DNA of 64,000 nucleotides from Hormiphora californensis (Eukaryota > Animalia > Ctenophora), in assembly GCA_020137815.1 (NCBI GenBank), contig CM035353.1, positions 5,456,001 to 5,520,000 of the forward strand. Direction: 5' to 3'. Numbering within the stretch: the stretch's first letter is position 1; every line of letters starts with the position of its first letter. A program made the position numbers and the translations under genes. Below are positions 13,068-43,225 of this stretch, piece by piece. Below the pieces are notes generated by a model that searched no databases, was not told where the DNA came from, and saw nothing but the letters and a program-made list of their open reading frames with translations.

Positions 13068-13666
13068 TAACAAGAATTATTATTGCATTATGTTTCATAA
13101 TGCTGTGTTTCCCTGCCAACGAATACTCAAACCGATCACATTCACTGATAAGCGATCTGCGATGAGATCTCTTAAGCGCCGCCCACACTAGATGATACCA
13201 TGCAATGTGATCTGATCGTCGTCGCCAACGCCTAATTACAATGTTATGTGACACTAAGCTATGCATGGGAACTTCTCACGTTCCGTCAGTCACCATACTA
13301 ACGAGCTGAGCTTTTAATTTCGATCAGATTGATTAAGAAGTTAAATCCATTCGAGCGCTAGTAGCGGCGCCATGCTGTAACGCGCGAGGTGTGTATACAT
13401 ACGCTGCATTGAGAGCGCCGCGCGCAGCAAATCTTGAGCGCGCGCCACCGAAATCCGTAGTGTAATAACTTTGCGGACGACGCTTTCAAAACGGATCGGT
13501 TGTTATGTGCGCGGCGCCGTAACGGTGGACAGACGGACGGACGGACATTTTAGTTAACTACACGATCTGCTGATTTCTAAACCCTTTATGATCTTTTTAG
13601 CACGTGCGTGCTAAAAACATCATCCCGGGTGATTGCCTTCGGCAATCACCCGGGCAGGGAAAAAAT
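13068..13666 (-). mobile_element. Non-autonomous Helentron/DINE-1-like (HINE) element
   Basis: Sub-terminal IR ttccctgcc...ggcagggaa, stem-loop cccgggtgattgcc-ttcg-gcaatcacccggg, short (GGAC)n, aacaag end; same ends as 61462-62023. Confidence 0.65.
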
Positions 13667-14023
13667 GTCAAAGCAGGAAGTTGGTATGTGCTACAGACCC
13701 TATAGGAATAGTAGTACGGGATAAGGCAGCAATTTTCTGGCATACTCTGCCGATGAGGGGACTGCAACGCAATCCAAGCTTTTCTGTTTTCAAAAAGAAA
13801 AAAAAAGAAGGAAACAATTTGAGGGAAAAAAATTGAAAACTTAAACCAAAATAAATGTTTGAAAATGTTTCGCGCGCAGCGCGGCGGCTATTTGCATCGC
13901 TTAAATTGTATAACCGCGTCCTCCACAATACATTTACAGGACTTCTTATTGGTCTAACACTACGGATTCTGGTAGAACAGATATCCCAAAAGTTAATATT
14001 CATAATACATATATGCCATATTA

Positions 14024-15276
14024 CCCCCATAAAAAAGTCGCTTGGCAAATTCCCTCGTCGCTCGGCAATTGGTTCTAGTAGGGACGATAGTGTCAGTCGA
14101 TGTCAGGGATCTTAAAATTTCCCTATTCAAGTGTTCGGGGAGCCTCTCCCGAGTAAAATGCGCCCAATTAGAGCTCCCAATCTTTTCTCGTTCTCTAATT
14201 ATTCGTGATTATGCTAATTATGACGTCATCAGCAACTACCAGAAATCTACGTCTTAGGGCTTAAATTTTGATACTAGCTGGTAGGGGACCACTAGATTAG
14301 TGGGCAAAAAAATTTTCAGGTCGATCGGAGTTATGGGCGTGGCGCTATGGCGTTTTAAAGTGTGTAATCCGGTGATGACGTCATCAAGGATTATCAAATT
14401 AGGTCAACGCGGGGGGTCGAGACCGGGTGCGTTTGATCGAGCCTGATAAGCTGATCAAAAATCTGTAGGGGTAGATCAATCCCCCAACTAGGAGCCGAGC
14501 TATTAGCGTTTTTCGTGTTTTAGGTCACGTGACTTCGTCAAAAATCGAAAAAATGCTAATAGCTCGGCTCCTAGTTGGGGGATTGATCTACCCCTACAGA
14601 TTTTTGATCAGCTTATCAGGCTCGATCAAACGCACCCGGTCTCGACCCCCCGCGTTGACCTAATTTGATAATCCTTGATGACGTCATCACCGGATTACAC
14701 ACTTTAAAACGCCATAGCGCCACGCCCATAACTCCGATCGACCTGAAAATTTTTTTGCCCACTAATCTAGTGGTCCCCTACCAGCTAGTATCAAAATTTA
14801 AGCCCTAAGACGTAGATTTCTGGTAGATGCTGATGACGTCATAATTAGCATAATCACGAATAATTAGAGAACGAGAAAAGATTGGGAGCTCTAATTGGGC
14901 GCATTTTACTCGGGAGAGGCTCCCCGAACACTTGAATAGGGAAATTTTAAGATCCCTGACATCGACTGACACTATCGTCCCTACTATTCGGCAACAACAG
15001 GTGGTTTGCCGAGCCAGTCGCTCGGCTAATCAAGGCCAGGAAGTCTCCGTGATTTCACCGCGTTCTTACAGAAAAAGCACATTTTTTCAGCACTTTGTAT
15101 TTTTCAGCAGGAGATTTTGAAAAAAAGTGCTGAAAAAATGTACTTTTTCTGTAAGAACGCGGTGAAAACACGGCGACTTCCTTGATTAGCCGAGCGACTG
15201 GCTCGGCAAACCACCTGTTGTTGCCGAACCAATTGCCGAGCGACGAGGGAATTTGCCAAGCGACTTTTTATGGGGG
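14024..15276. mobile_element. Palindromic TA-flanked MITE (14024-14075 + 14987-15276) interrupted by a nested insertion
   Basis: cccccataaaaaagtcgcttggcaaattccc... matches the reverse complement at 15226-15276; TA on both sides; internal hairpin 14987-15228. Confidence 0.8.
14076..14986. mobile_element. 911-bp near-perfect palindromic element with TAG termini and 3-bp TSD (Academ-like)
   Basis: Arms of ~440 bp around a short spacer near 14515-14545; ttc duplicated at 14073-14075 and 14987-14989; termini tagtagggac...gtccctacta. Confidence 0.75.
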
Positions 15277-15449
15277 TAGAAACGTTAAACTCCTGTTTTA
15301 CCATTTATTAGGAAGATAAAAATGTAGAAATACAAGAAAATACACAAATAAATTACAACAAATCTGATATGACGCTCCAAAAAAAAATTAAACTACTGCA
15401 AGTGCAGAATTATATCACTTCACAGTTCATGATTTATTGTTTTTAAGAA

Positions 15450-33115
<17,666 letters not shown>

Positions 33116-33325
33116 CTATAAGTGGGGTAGGGGGTGTTAGTTGAGGGGGATCGATGTAGCTATATAAGTGGGGTAGGGTGTGTTAGTTGAGTGGGGTCGC
33201 TGTATAGCTATATAGGTAGGGGTGTGTTAGTTTACTTTGAGGGAGATCGCTTGTCAGGCCAATGCTTTGTTCTCGCGCAAAAGAGAAATGGCAATATATA
33301 CGGTTAGGGCAATGTTGTGACACTG

Positions 33326-34668
33326 CACGGCGTGCCTGGTGAAACTTTAACACGACCTAGCATGCTACGGGAAACCACCACTTGTACGTGGTAGCTGAGG
33401 GTCTACAGAATGACGCTACGGTGCGGGAAAAAACATTCCATTGCCTAAAATCTTTTTTTTTTACTTTTATTTGATTTGGGTCAAAATTGGCTATATTAAA
33501 CGTGGTCCCGAAAAATCCATAATGACTTAGCACACGAAATATGTCACCCCCACCTATTTTTGCACGTAGAATTGATTGCCGTTGAAGTCGAATCTCTAAA
33601 ATGACTGTAAAATGGTCAAAAGTTGATTTTTTACCATTTTTTGGAGGTTTTTGGCCCCTAAACCATTGAAAACGTTGAGATAGGAATTTGAAACTAGTGC
33701 CAATCGTTAAAATGGTCATTTTTCTACCAAGAACCAAGTTTTCGTGTATATCCGATTTATGGTTAGATTTGGGCAAATTGTTGAAATCTGCCAACTAGGA
33801 GAACCGTAACTTGATTTTCTTGTTTTTTGGATTTTGGCATTTTTGACAAACTTCTGATTGAAATGGTCAATCGGGACCATGCTTAAGTTGTTTATGGGAC
33901 AATTTTCGACTAAAATCCAAGATTTCATATCAATCCAATAACAGATCGTTGATTTATAGAAAATTTAAGTAGGCAAAACGGTGAAAATAAGCAAGAAAAG
34001 TTGTCATTTTGACCGTTTTGCCTACTTAAATTTTCTATAAATCAACGATCTGTTATTGGATTGATATGAAATCTTGGATTTTAGTCGAAAATTGTCCCAT
34101 AAACAACTTAAGCATGGTCCCGATTGACCATTTCAATCAGAAGTTTGTCAAAAATGCCAAAATCCAAAAAACAAGAAAATCAAGTTACGGTTCTCCTAGT
34201 TGGCAGATTTCAACAATTTGCCCAAATCTAACCATAAATCGGATATACACGAAAACTTGGTTCTTGGTAGAAAAATGACCATTTTAACGATTGGCACTAG
34301 TTTCAAATTCCTATCTCAACGTTTTCAATGGTTTAGGGGCCAAAAACCTCCAAAAAATGGTAAAAAATCAACTTTTGACCATTTTACAGTCATTTTAGAG
34401 ATTCGACTTCAACGGCAATCAATTCTACGTGCAAAAATAGGTGGGGGTGACATATTTCGTGTGCTAAGTCATTATGGATTTTTCGGGACCACGTTTAATA
34501 TAGCCAATTTTGACCCAAATCAAATAAAAGTATAAAAAAAAGATTTTAGGCAATGGAATGTTTTTTCCCGCACCGTAGCGCCATTCTGTAGACCCTCAGC
34601 TACCACGTACAAGTGGTGGTTTCCCGTAGCATGCTAGGTCGTGTTAAAGTTTCATCAGGCACGCCGTG
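33326..34668. mobile_element. 1343-bp near-perfect palindromic element, CACGG termini, 4-bp TSD (Chapaev/CMC-like, non-autonomous)
   Basis: Arms of ~660 bp (mirror ORFs 33716-33928 / 34066-34278); actg duplicated at 33322-33325 and 34669-34672. Confidence 0.82.
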
Positions 34669-37599
34669 ACTGACAGGGGATCGTAGAGACAGTACTGTTC
34701 AAAGCTGATGATGTTTAAATTAGACAAGGATTTGTAGTGATAAATTAATGGGGGAGGGGGGGTAATTCAATAGTTGCAAAGGAAGAGTCAATGTAACGGT
34801 TTCCCAGTTTCGAATATAATTATACTGACAAACACAATTGAGATCGTGACTACAAATGGGAAGCTCAACTAGACCATATCCTGGTTGTAATACACGGCAT
34901 AGTTTAACATACCAGTGGTACTACCAGTACCACTATTGAGGCTGCATATATCACTCGCTCAAAAGTTGCCATCCCCCTCAAAAAGCGCCGCCAGAAACGC
35001 AGTTAAATACGTTTTATGGGTGTTTTCAAAACCCCTAAAATTAAAAACGGGTTTTGGCGCGCTTTTTGCCTCCCAAAAACTGTTTAAAGCATAATTTTCT
35101 GGCTTTTTTATAAGGTAACGGAAAGGTTGACCGTTTTGGTTTAAAAACTTTTTGGCAATAACTCGTTTTCTTGACAAGAAAAATCTGGGCCTCTTGGAAA
35201 AACTTAATTTTAAATGATCTAAAATGAAAAAAAAATACCAGGTAGGTTTTTTACGCCCACATTTTTTGGGCAAAATTTTTTAAAAGGCATTTTCCGGGAT
35301 TTGAAAAAAAAAAGACAAACAACTTTCTCGGTTTAAAACCCTGAGGGAAAAACAAATAATATTTAAATTGTCTCCAAAACCTCCGGACCCAAAACAAAAC
35401 GAAGGGAGCCCCTTTTTAATATTTAAATAGTTGAACCCAAGTGAACAAATTTTCCTGGTACTGAACAAAATTTGTATCTATAAATCGGTCCAGCTGTTTG
35501 AGGCCCCGGGATTAAACATTTTAAAACGCCCGGGCCGCCGAGTCCGGTCAACTAAGAAAACCCAAAAGGAAAAAAAGCCGCAAGAGAAAGAGGGTTAGAA
35601 AGGGAGGAGAGTTCCTTATATAAAAGATTGTATTTTTCTTAGAAAATACCCCATTTGCACTATTTTTTCTTTTTAAAAAAAAACTCCTCCTGGGGGCCCC
35701 CCGTTCGGTCGCTTCCCCTCCCCCTTTTTTTTGGGGGGGGGGGGGGGGAAAAAAAAAAAAAATTTTTTTTGGGGGGGGGGGGGGGGGGGGTTTTTTTGGG
35801 GCAAACAAAAAAAAACTTTCAAATTTTTTTTCTACTAACTTGAAACAGCTCTCCATCTCTTGCCCTTTCGTATTTCACCATAGTCTACCGCCCCAACAAA
35901 CCCCACGCCTTACCCCCCCCCACGGACTAGCAAAAAAGCCCCCACCTACATCCCCTCCCTACATTCTCAAATCAGATAAATCTTTATTCTATTTTCCCTT
36001 GGTTACTTTTTATAATTGTTGTTTATCTGGCGTGTTCTGCGGGAAAAGGGGGGCCTTTTTAGGGCACGGCGCCTCTTTCGTGGCCCCTTTGGCCTCTTCC
36101 CCCTCCCTGGGTTGGCTAGGGCTTCTCTGCCCCCCCCCCTCCCCATTTTTTCCCCCATTTTTTTCTTTTTCTTTTCTGTCGGGTAGCGAAAAGTTGTCTT
36201 TCGCCTTTCCCCTTTTGGGTTTTGTTCGGGTTTTTGGGGTTGTTTTGTTTTGGGCGCTTTTCCTTTCAGGTTTTTTTGGGTTTAGTTTTTTTTTGGGGGC
36301 CGTAGTTTTGGGGTTCCGTTCCTGTTTTCTCTTATATCACACCCCCTTTTTTAGTCCTTAGAATTTAATCTCACCCACTCACCAGGTCTTTTTTGGGAAA
36401 TTTCCTTTTTTATATTTTTCCCTTTTCATCAAAGTTGAGTTTTTCCCCTTATAAATGGGTCTTGTGGGGGGATGCAGTTCGGGGGAAAAACGGTAAACGA
36501 CCGATCAACCTGATTTGGCTCGTCTTCCCTTTTTGATTCAAAACGCCAATTGACACACGTGTCCTCACGATCGCACTTATTTTGTGTATTTCAATTATGT
36601 TCTGTTTTCCCCAACCCGTCTATCCGTGTTGTTGAACCCGTATTCCCACTAAAAGCAGCACTGAAATACCTTTATCTCATTTCGTTTTCCATACTGGTAT
36701 TCATCAAAACCCTTTTCGTTTTCTCTGTACCCCCGTAAAATTGTACCCCCTCACCCCCGAGCTAGTGATCCTCCATTTGCTTTTAGTTTTTACTGTACTA
36801 TTAGGAGTATAGATCCCGAGTAAACTTCTCTTCAGGTCCCGGCGTACCATAGCACCGCCATTTTTGACTCTCTGGCTGATAGCCTTACAAAGGACCATCT
36901 CCGTACTGATTGCTACCTCGAAAAGGAAAACTTTACCATCCAGACCGAATCTGTTCATCATTGACCTGTAACGGCCCCTCATTCCCCATGACCAGTTCCT
37001 CCCCGGGTTTTTTCCTTTCCGGGGCATCTAGTGACCCCCGCATGGGTTTCCCATCGACTCGTCTCCTTTCACCCCTTCATCCTACCCCTCCTACGGTTGC
37101 TCCAGTTTCCCTTGTTCCTTTCTCCCCCTCCTGTTCTCGGGTTCAACTATCCAGCCCACTCATTCTATTCCCCCTTTCTCGGTGTTTTTTAAACCCAGGG
37201 CAGAATTTCCTCCCCCCCAGTGGTAATCATCTGCTCTCCCAACTATGGTTTAGCCTGATTGTGTGACATCTGTCCCATCGTGATAATTTTACGGGAAACC
37301 CTCCATCCTGATGTCAATTAGCTGAAATTGCCGTGTAACCTTTTTTCCCGGGGCCCACTTCTACCCTCCATCTACCTCTATCTCCCCCCTGAGACTACCA
37401 CCTACTCTTCTTTCCCTGACAGGGTTACCCCGTCTATGTCCTTTTTTTAGTATTGCCCCTAACTACCTTTTCCGCCTTTTTCCCATTTGGTATTTATTTT
37501 CCAATTACGAATTATTTTTCAAAACTACTTTCCTTGATAAGCTACCCGCTCGCATTTCACTTTTCGGTGATGGTCCCAAAGACCATTTCCCCCACCCCC

Positions 37600-38350
37600 A
37601 ATCATTGTACCCCTCAACCTATCATTTTTCATTTCCCCCCCCTAGTTCCTATCATTTTACCCGTCACAACTAGTTATTGGCTTACCCTGCCTATTTGTAC
37701 CATCCACCCTATTCATTTTTGCGTTATACGGCCCATGCCTACATTTTACCATCACCACTATTTTATCCGGGATTTTTCCCTGTCTATATTTACCACTCAC
37801 ACCCAGTTTTCTGCGTTATCCTGCCTTCATTTTACCAGTCCAAATGTTTTTCGGGATTTCCCTGCCCATATTGTACCATCACACCCAGTTCATTCTGCAT
37901 TTTTCCGTTATATTGTACCACTCACACCATTCATTTTGCTTATCCTGCCTATCATTTTACCAGTCCAACTATTTATTTTGGGATTACCCTGCCTATCATT
38001 GTACCGTCACACCTAGTTCATTCTGCAGTTCCCCCGTCATCATTGTACTTCCCCTATTTTTATTCTGGGGGTTCCCCGCCTATCAATGTACCAGTCACAC
38101 CTAGTTCTTCTGCAGTTACCCGCATATCATTGTACCACTCACACCTATTCATTTTGCAGTTACCCTGCCCCCTCTTGTACCATCCACACCTAGTTCATTC
38201 TGTAGTTACTCTGCCTATAATTGTACCACTCACCCTGTTCATTTTGCATTTTCCCTTCTACATTGTACCACTCAACCCCAGTTCTTCTGCATTACCCTTC
38301 TTCATTGTACCAGTCACACCAGTTTTCTTCTGCGTTACCCTGTCTAACTT
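37600..38350. repeat. Degenerate ~46-bp tandem repeat (TTACCCTGCCTATCATTGTACCAGTCACACCTAGTTCATTCTGCAG-like)
   Basis: Recurrent cattgtacc / cacacctagttca motifs at ~46-bp spacing within error-rich sequence. Confidence 0.75.
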
Positions 38351-38363
38351 GTCCACTCACACC

Positions 38364-38395
<32 letters not shown>

Positions 38396-38436
38396 CCCCC
38401 CAAAACAACCCAAAAAATAAATTTTAAAATAAAATT

Positions 38437-38467
<31 letters not shown>

Positions 38468-39577
38468 AAGGGGTTTATCTTTAATGCTTTTGTATATTGG
38501 ATTTTTCCTATTTCTTCTCACCTCTCTTCCTCCAATCCCCCAACCCCGCCCCCCTTTCCCTTTTTCCCGTCCCCCCCTTCTGACACCCTCCCCTTACTCA
38601 AAACCCGCCCCAAACGCTTCCCCAAAACCCCTTCCAGGGGGGGCCCCAAGGACTCCCCTGGGAATTAATTACCCATTTAAAAATCCCCCCCCCTTCACTT
38701 TCCTTTCTTTTCCCGTTAACCCGGGGGGGGTTGGCTCCCTTATTTACCAGCCGGGGCAGGCCCCGTTTCAGGCAATTCACCCGGGCCTTTTTCAACCCCC
38801 CAGCAGTTCCAAACAAAAAAAAAAAAAAAGGGGGGGGGGAAGGGAGAGGGGGGGGTTGGGAGGGAAAAAGTTTTTTACCCCCCCTCCTTTTCTTCCCCTT
38901 TTGGGTTGCGCCCATAAACCCTTCTTCCGGTGGGTAGTAGTTAGAGGGAGAAACATTCATCTCTGGAATGAACTCGGCTACGCCTCTCCAGTGCTACTAT
39001 CTCTCACTCCCTCGTCTCTCTCTCTCTCCCCTCTCCCTCGTCTCTCTCTCTCTCTCTCCCCTCTCCCTCTCTCTCTCCCCCCTCTCTCTCTCTCTCTCTC
39101 TCCCTCTCTCTAAGATGTGTAATGGGCTGGACTAAAAATAAAGAGCAGGATACTCCTTCTTCCTTGCAGGTTATCTCTCAGCAGCAAGCTCTCACACGAC
39201 AGACGCCCATGATAGCAGTTCCCCTCCCTCTATCTCAGTAGGCCAGGTATCTCTCTCCCTTACTCAACAATCTCTAACACAATCGGTCCTCCCTGTCGGT
39301 CCTCCCTCTCTATAGATATCTTTTTCTTTACAACTTGTAATACAAGTACAAGAGATAAACGAACATTAAACACAACATAATTTCTAACAGCACATAAAAG
39401 TCTTCTGTCAGCAAACGATTAATTAAATGCACCAGCACACACAATTGCCTGTAGTCACTTGGCCTTTTCCTACTAAAATGAGTGTGAGCAAACAGAGCAT
39501 GTTTAATAAATCCCTTTAGTCTCTCTCTGATCTTTCTCTCACTTTAATAAATCCAAGCACTAAAGAAGGTATATAAC

Positions 39578-39645
39578 TTGGTGACATAGACACCTGGCGC
39601 GACCGAGATTGACCGGGCTGCGGGGGTCGCGCCAGGTGTCACCAA
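39578..39645. mobile_element. TTGGTGA-family mini-MITE, 9-bp TSD gtatataac, with a partial tandem duplicate to ~39820
   Basis: TSD at 39569-39577 and 39646-39654; the right half plus flank is repeated at 39709-39820. Confidence 0.8.
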
Positions 39646-40067
39646 GTATATAACAAGGTCTATGATATAGAGTATTATAGACCAAACGAATCACACATAA
39701 CCAGCAATCTGGCGCGACCGAGATTGCACGGGCTGCGGGGTCGCGCCAGGTGTCACCAAGTATATAACAAGGCCTATGATATAATTATAGACCAAACGAA
39801 TCACACATAACCAGCAATCTGTCAAGCTGGATGTATTTCCAAGGTTCTCACATCGCAAGTGATAACTGATAAGATGGCAGCAGAGGGAGAAGCTCTGCGT
39901 GTACATTACAATCAGTGGAAATCTACAAAACTTAGTTTCAATCTGAATACACGAAGCAAGATCATTGAGGATTTCCCATTTTACTGCAACGGCACAAATG
40001 AAAACCATGAAAAAGAACTGTCTAGAATGGGTTTGAATCAGTAACAGACAGGGTACTTCCTAGAGGG

Positions 40068-40108
<41 letters not shown>

Positions 40109-43100
40109 CACTCTTTCTTTCTATCTCTCTCTCATTCTATTCCCTCCGGCACACCTGTAACCAAGCCAATAGAACAGGAAAGAGAGCCACCGCTGTTATA
40201 TAATTGACAGAGAGAGAAAGACGGAGAGTGATAGTAGGAAATAAGAGAGCAGAGAAATAGTGTGTGGGTGGAGCAAGAGAGGAGCGGATATAGGAGCTGA
40301 GTTAAGATACTTCCGTAGAGTTCTACTGACCTCTTTAGAAACGCTAGTTCCTACTGCATCTCTTGTCCGTTCGTTTTTTAGGCGTTTTTTGGTAACCCCC
40401 TTCTTTTTATTGGGTGGGTTTTCTTTCCCTCCAAAAACCTCCCAAAAGCCCTCCCAAGAACCAACCCCGCTTTCACCCTGACCACAAGCCGGGGAAGAGC
40501 ACTTCGTTTTTTTGGAAACCCCCCGGGGGAAAAGGGGGGGAGGGGAATTTTTGGGGAAAGGGCCCCTTTTTTTTCCCCCTTTTTTTTTTTTCCCCTTCCT
40601 TTTTTCCCCCCTTTTTTTTCCCTTCCCCCTTTCCCCTTTTTCCTCTCCCCTCCCCACCCTCCCCCCTTTCCCCCTTCTTCCCATTTCCCACCCTTTTTTT
40701 GGCCTTCCCTTTCCCCCCTTTTTTCGATTCGTAAAAGGGCCCCAAAAAAAACCCCCCCTCCCCCCCCCCCTTTTGGGGGTTTTTAAAAAGGGGGGGGGTA
40801 ACCCCCCCAAAAAAACCCCCCAAAAAAAAAAAAAGGGGGTTTTAAAAGGGGGGGTTTTAAAGCTATAATTTCGGTCAAAAAAGGGGGACCCCCCTTTATG
40901 GGGTTTTTTGTCCCTTTGTTGGGGGGCCCCTTTTTTTCCCCCCCCCGGGTTTCCTTTTTGGGGGGAAAGAAAAAAAAGGGAAAAAAAAAAAGGAGGGGGA
41001 AAAGAAAACTCTTGCTAGGATTAGGAGGGGGAAACTTTTGAAAAAAAAATAAAGGAAAGGGAAAATTTTAAAAAGGGGGGGGGGGCCAAAAAAGGGCAAT
41101 TTAGCGAAAGCGCCCCACAAATCAAAATTTTCTGGTTTCCGCCCTCAAAAAAACGGTTACCCCTGAAAGGAAAAGTTTTAAATCCGCTGGTTTTTGGTTT
41201 TTTTTTTGGGGGGGTTTTCGGCGGGGATTAGTTTTTGGATTGGTCCATGCAACCTATTTTTCCCGGAAAAAAATTTGTGGCCCCTTTTGGAGACCCCTTC
41301 ATCAGTTCAACCCAATTGGAAAATTTTGAGAAGGCCCTTCTTTAGATCCAAAAAAATTTTTTTCCGGGTTTTTTACCTTTTTTTTAACCCTTTTTGAAAT
41401 TTTCAGGCCGTTTTTGGAATTTTTTTAAAATTTTTTTTTTAAGGGAGGTGGCGGAAGGAACGGAGGTTTAAAACATTTTAAAGAGTTTTAGTGGGGGGTT
41501 CTATAAAACAAAATTCATAAAAAAAAATTAGGGGGGGGGGTTTTTGGGGCAAAACATATTAAAAAAAAAAAGGGATTTAAAAAATTTAGGAAAAATTACA
41601 AAATTTTTAATAAACAACAAATTTTTTAAAATTTAAAAAAAAGGGGGGGTGATTAAAAAAATTTCCCCCACTTTTTTAAATTGAAAAACCCCCAAAAATT
41701 TTTCAAAAAAAAAAAACCCCGGGGGGGGGCCCGGGGGGTTTTTGAAGTTTTAAGTCCTTCAAACCCTTAAAAGGAAAACGGGGGTGTTTAAAAAACTTCA
41801 AAACTTAAAACTTTCCCAAAAAACCTTGGGAACCCATTTTTTTAAAACCTTTTTAAAACTTGAATTAAAAGTCCCCCCCCTTTAAATTTTTCCCAAAAAC
41901 CCCAAAAAAAAGGGTTTTTTAAAAAAAAATCTCCCCACCTTATAAAAATTCCCCCTTTTTTAAAAGGAAGGGGGACCTTTTTTGGGGGCCCCCCCCCTAA
42001 TCCCCTTGATTTTGGGGCCTTTTTTTTTTAATTTTAATAAAAAATTTGTTTTTAAAACCAAAAATTTCCCCAAAAATTTTGAAATTTACCCTTTTTTTTT
42101 TAAATTTTTAATTTTTAAAGAAAATTGAAATCTGTTTTTTAAAAAATTTTAAATTTTTTAAACAAAAAATTTGTCCAATGTTTTTTGGGTAAAATTTGAA
42201 ATTTAATTTTGGTAAAAAAAAACCAAAAAAAAATTTTTCCAAATATTTTTAAAAACTAAACTAACCAAACTTAAAATTCACGGGCATATAAAAAAGGGGA
42301 AAATTTTTTATTTTTTTTTGATCATTTAAAAACTTAAAATAAAAATTTTAAAACTTAAAACCCAAAACCCCGGCCCCCCCCCCAAAACAAAACACAATAT
42401 CCCCTTTTTGGAAATTAAAAAAATTTAAATTCCCCCATGTCCCATGATGGAGGCGGGAGGGTTTCTAAATTGGCCCATGTTAAGCCGGGGAGGGAGTTGG
42501 TAATGGTAGAAAAAGGAGCCTCCCCCAAATCACACACCACTTTCCTTTTTTTTTGGGGCGGGGGCCCCTTGGATTTCCCCCCAAAGGGATTTAAATTTAT
42601 CAAATATTTTTTCCCGGGGGCCATTGAGATGATTATATGGCCCAAACACACGGAGTAACACGCACATATATAAAGAGATTTTATAAGATGTGAAGGGAGA
42701 TGTATAGGTTATATTTTGTCGTTAAAAAGGGATAGAACAAAGTCGACATGTAAAAAGGGGGCAAGTTTCATTCCATCCTTCACACGAAGCGTCCTGCTAT
42801 CTCATACACACAGTACATTCTTACTCACACTCTCTCGCCCCCATCACACACAACTTTCATACAGCGAAATCTTAGCAGAGAGAGAGAGAGGGTAAAACGT
42901 CACACTTATTCGGGGGAGAGGGGATCTTGTAGTATCATTATAGTTGAACACAGTAGAGAGGGGATGGATGTATGGTTGCAAGCTAATTCCTTACCGTTAA
43001 ACTATTCATCTCCCGTTGTATCCCCGAGATCTCTTCTTTCGTCTCAAAAGACATATCCCCGACTGGGGCTACTAAATGGAAGGGAGAGGGCGGTTAGATT

Positions 43101-43225
43101 AGAGAGGGTGGTTAGATTTAGTTTGTCAAACCTTCCTAATCATACAAGGAAACTGAATTAAATAAAATAAGGGGTGAATAATATTATGTTTGTCAAATAG
43201 TCCGTCAATATAGTGTCACCACATG

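Noticed and set aside
33357-34535. Mirror-image ORFs as duplicated genes or a transposase
   Set aside because: Consequence of the palindrome; no DDE or other recognisable domain.
34960-39110. Long ORFs up to 247 aa
   Set aside because: Error-rich homopolymer sequence and a degenerate 46-bp repeat; real 5' exons of the ZF gene (e.g. ~36750-36990) may be hidden here but cannot be supported.
40380-42650. Extreme homopolymer-run region as a novel sequence class
   Set aside because: Typical of poor long-read basecalling or unpolished consensus.
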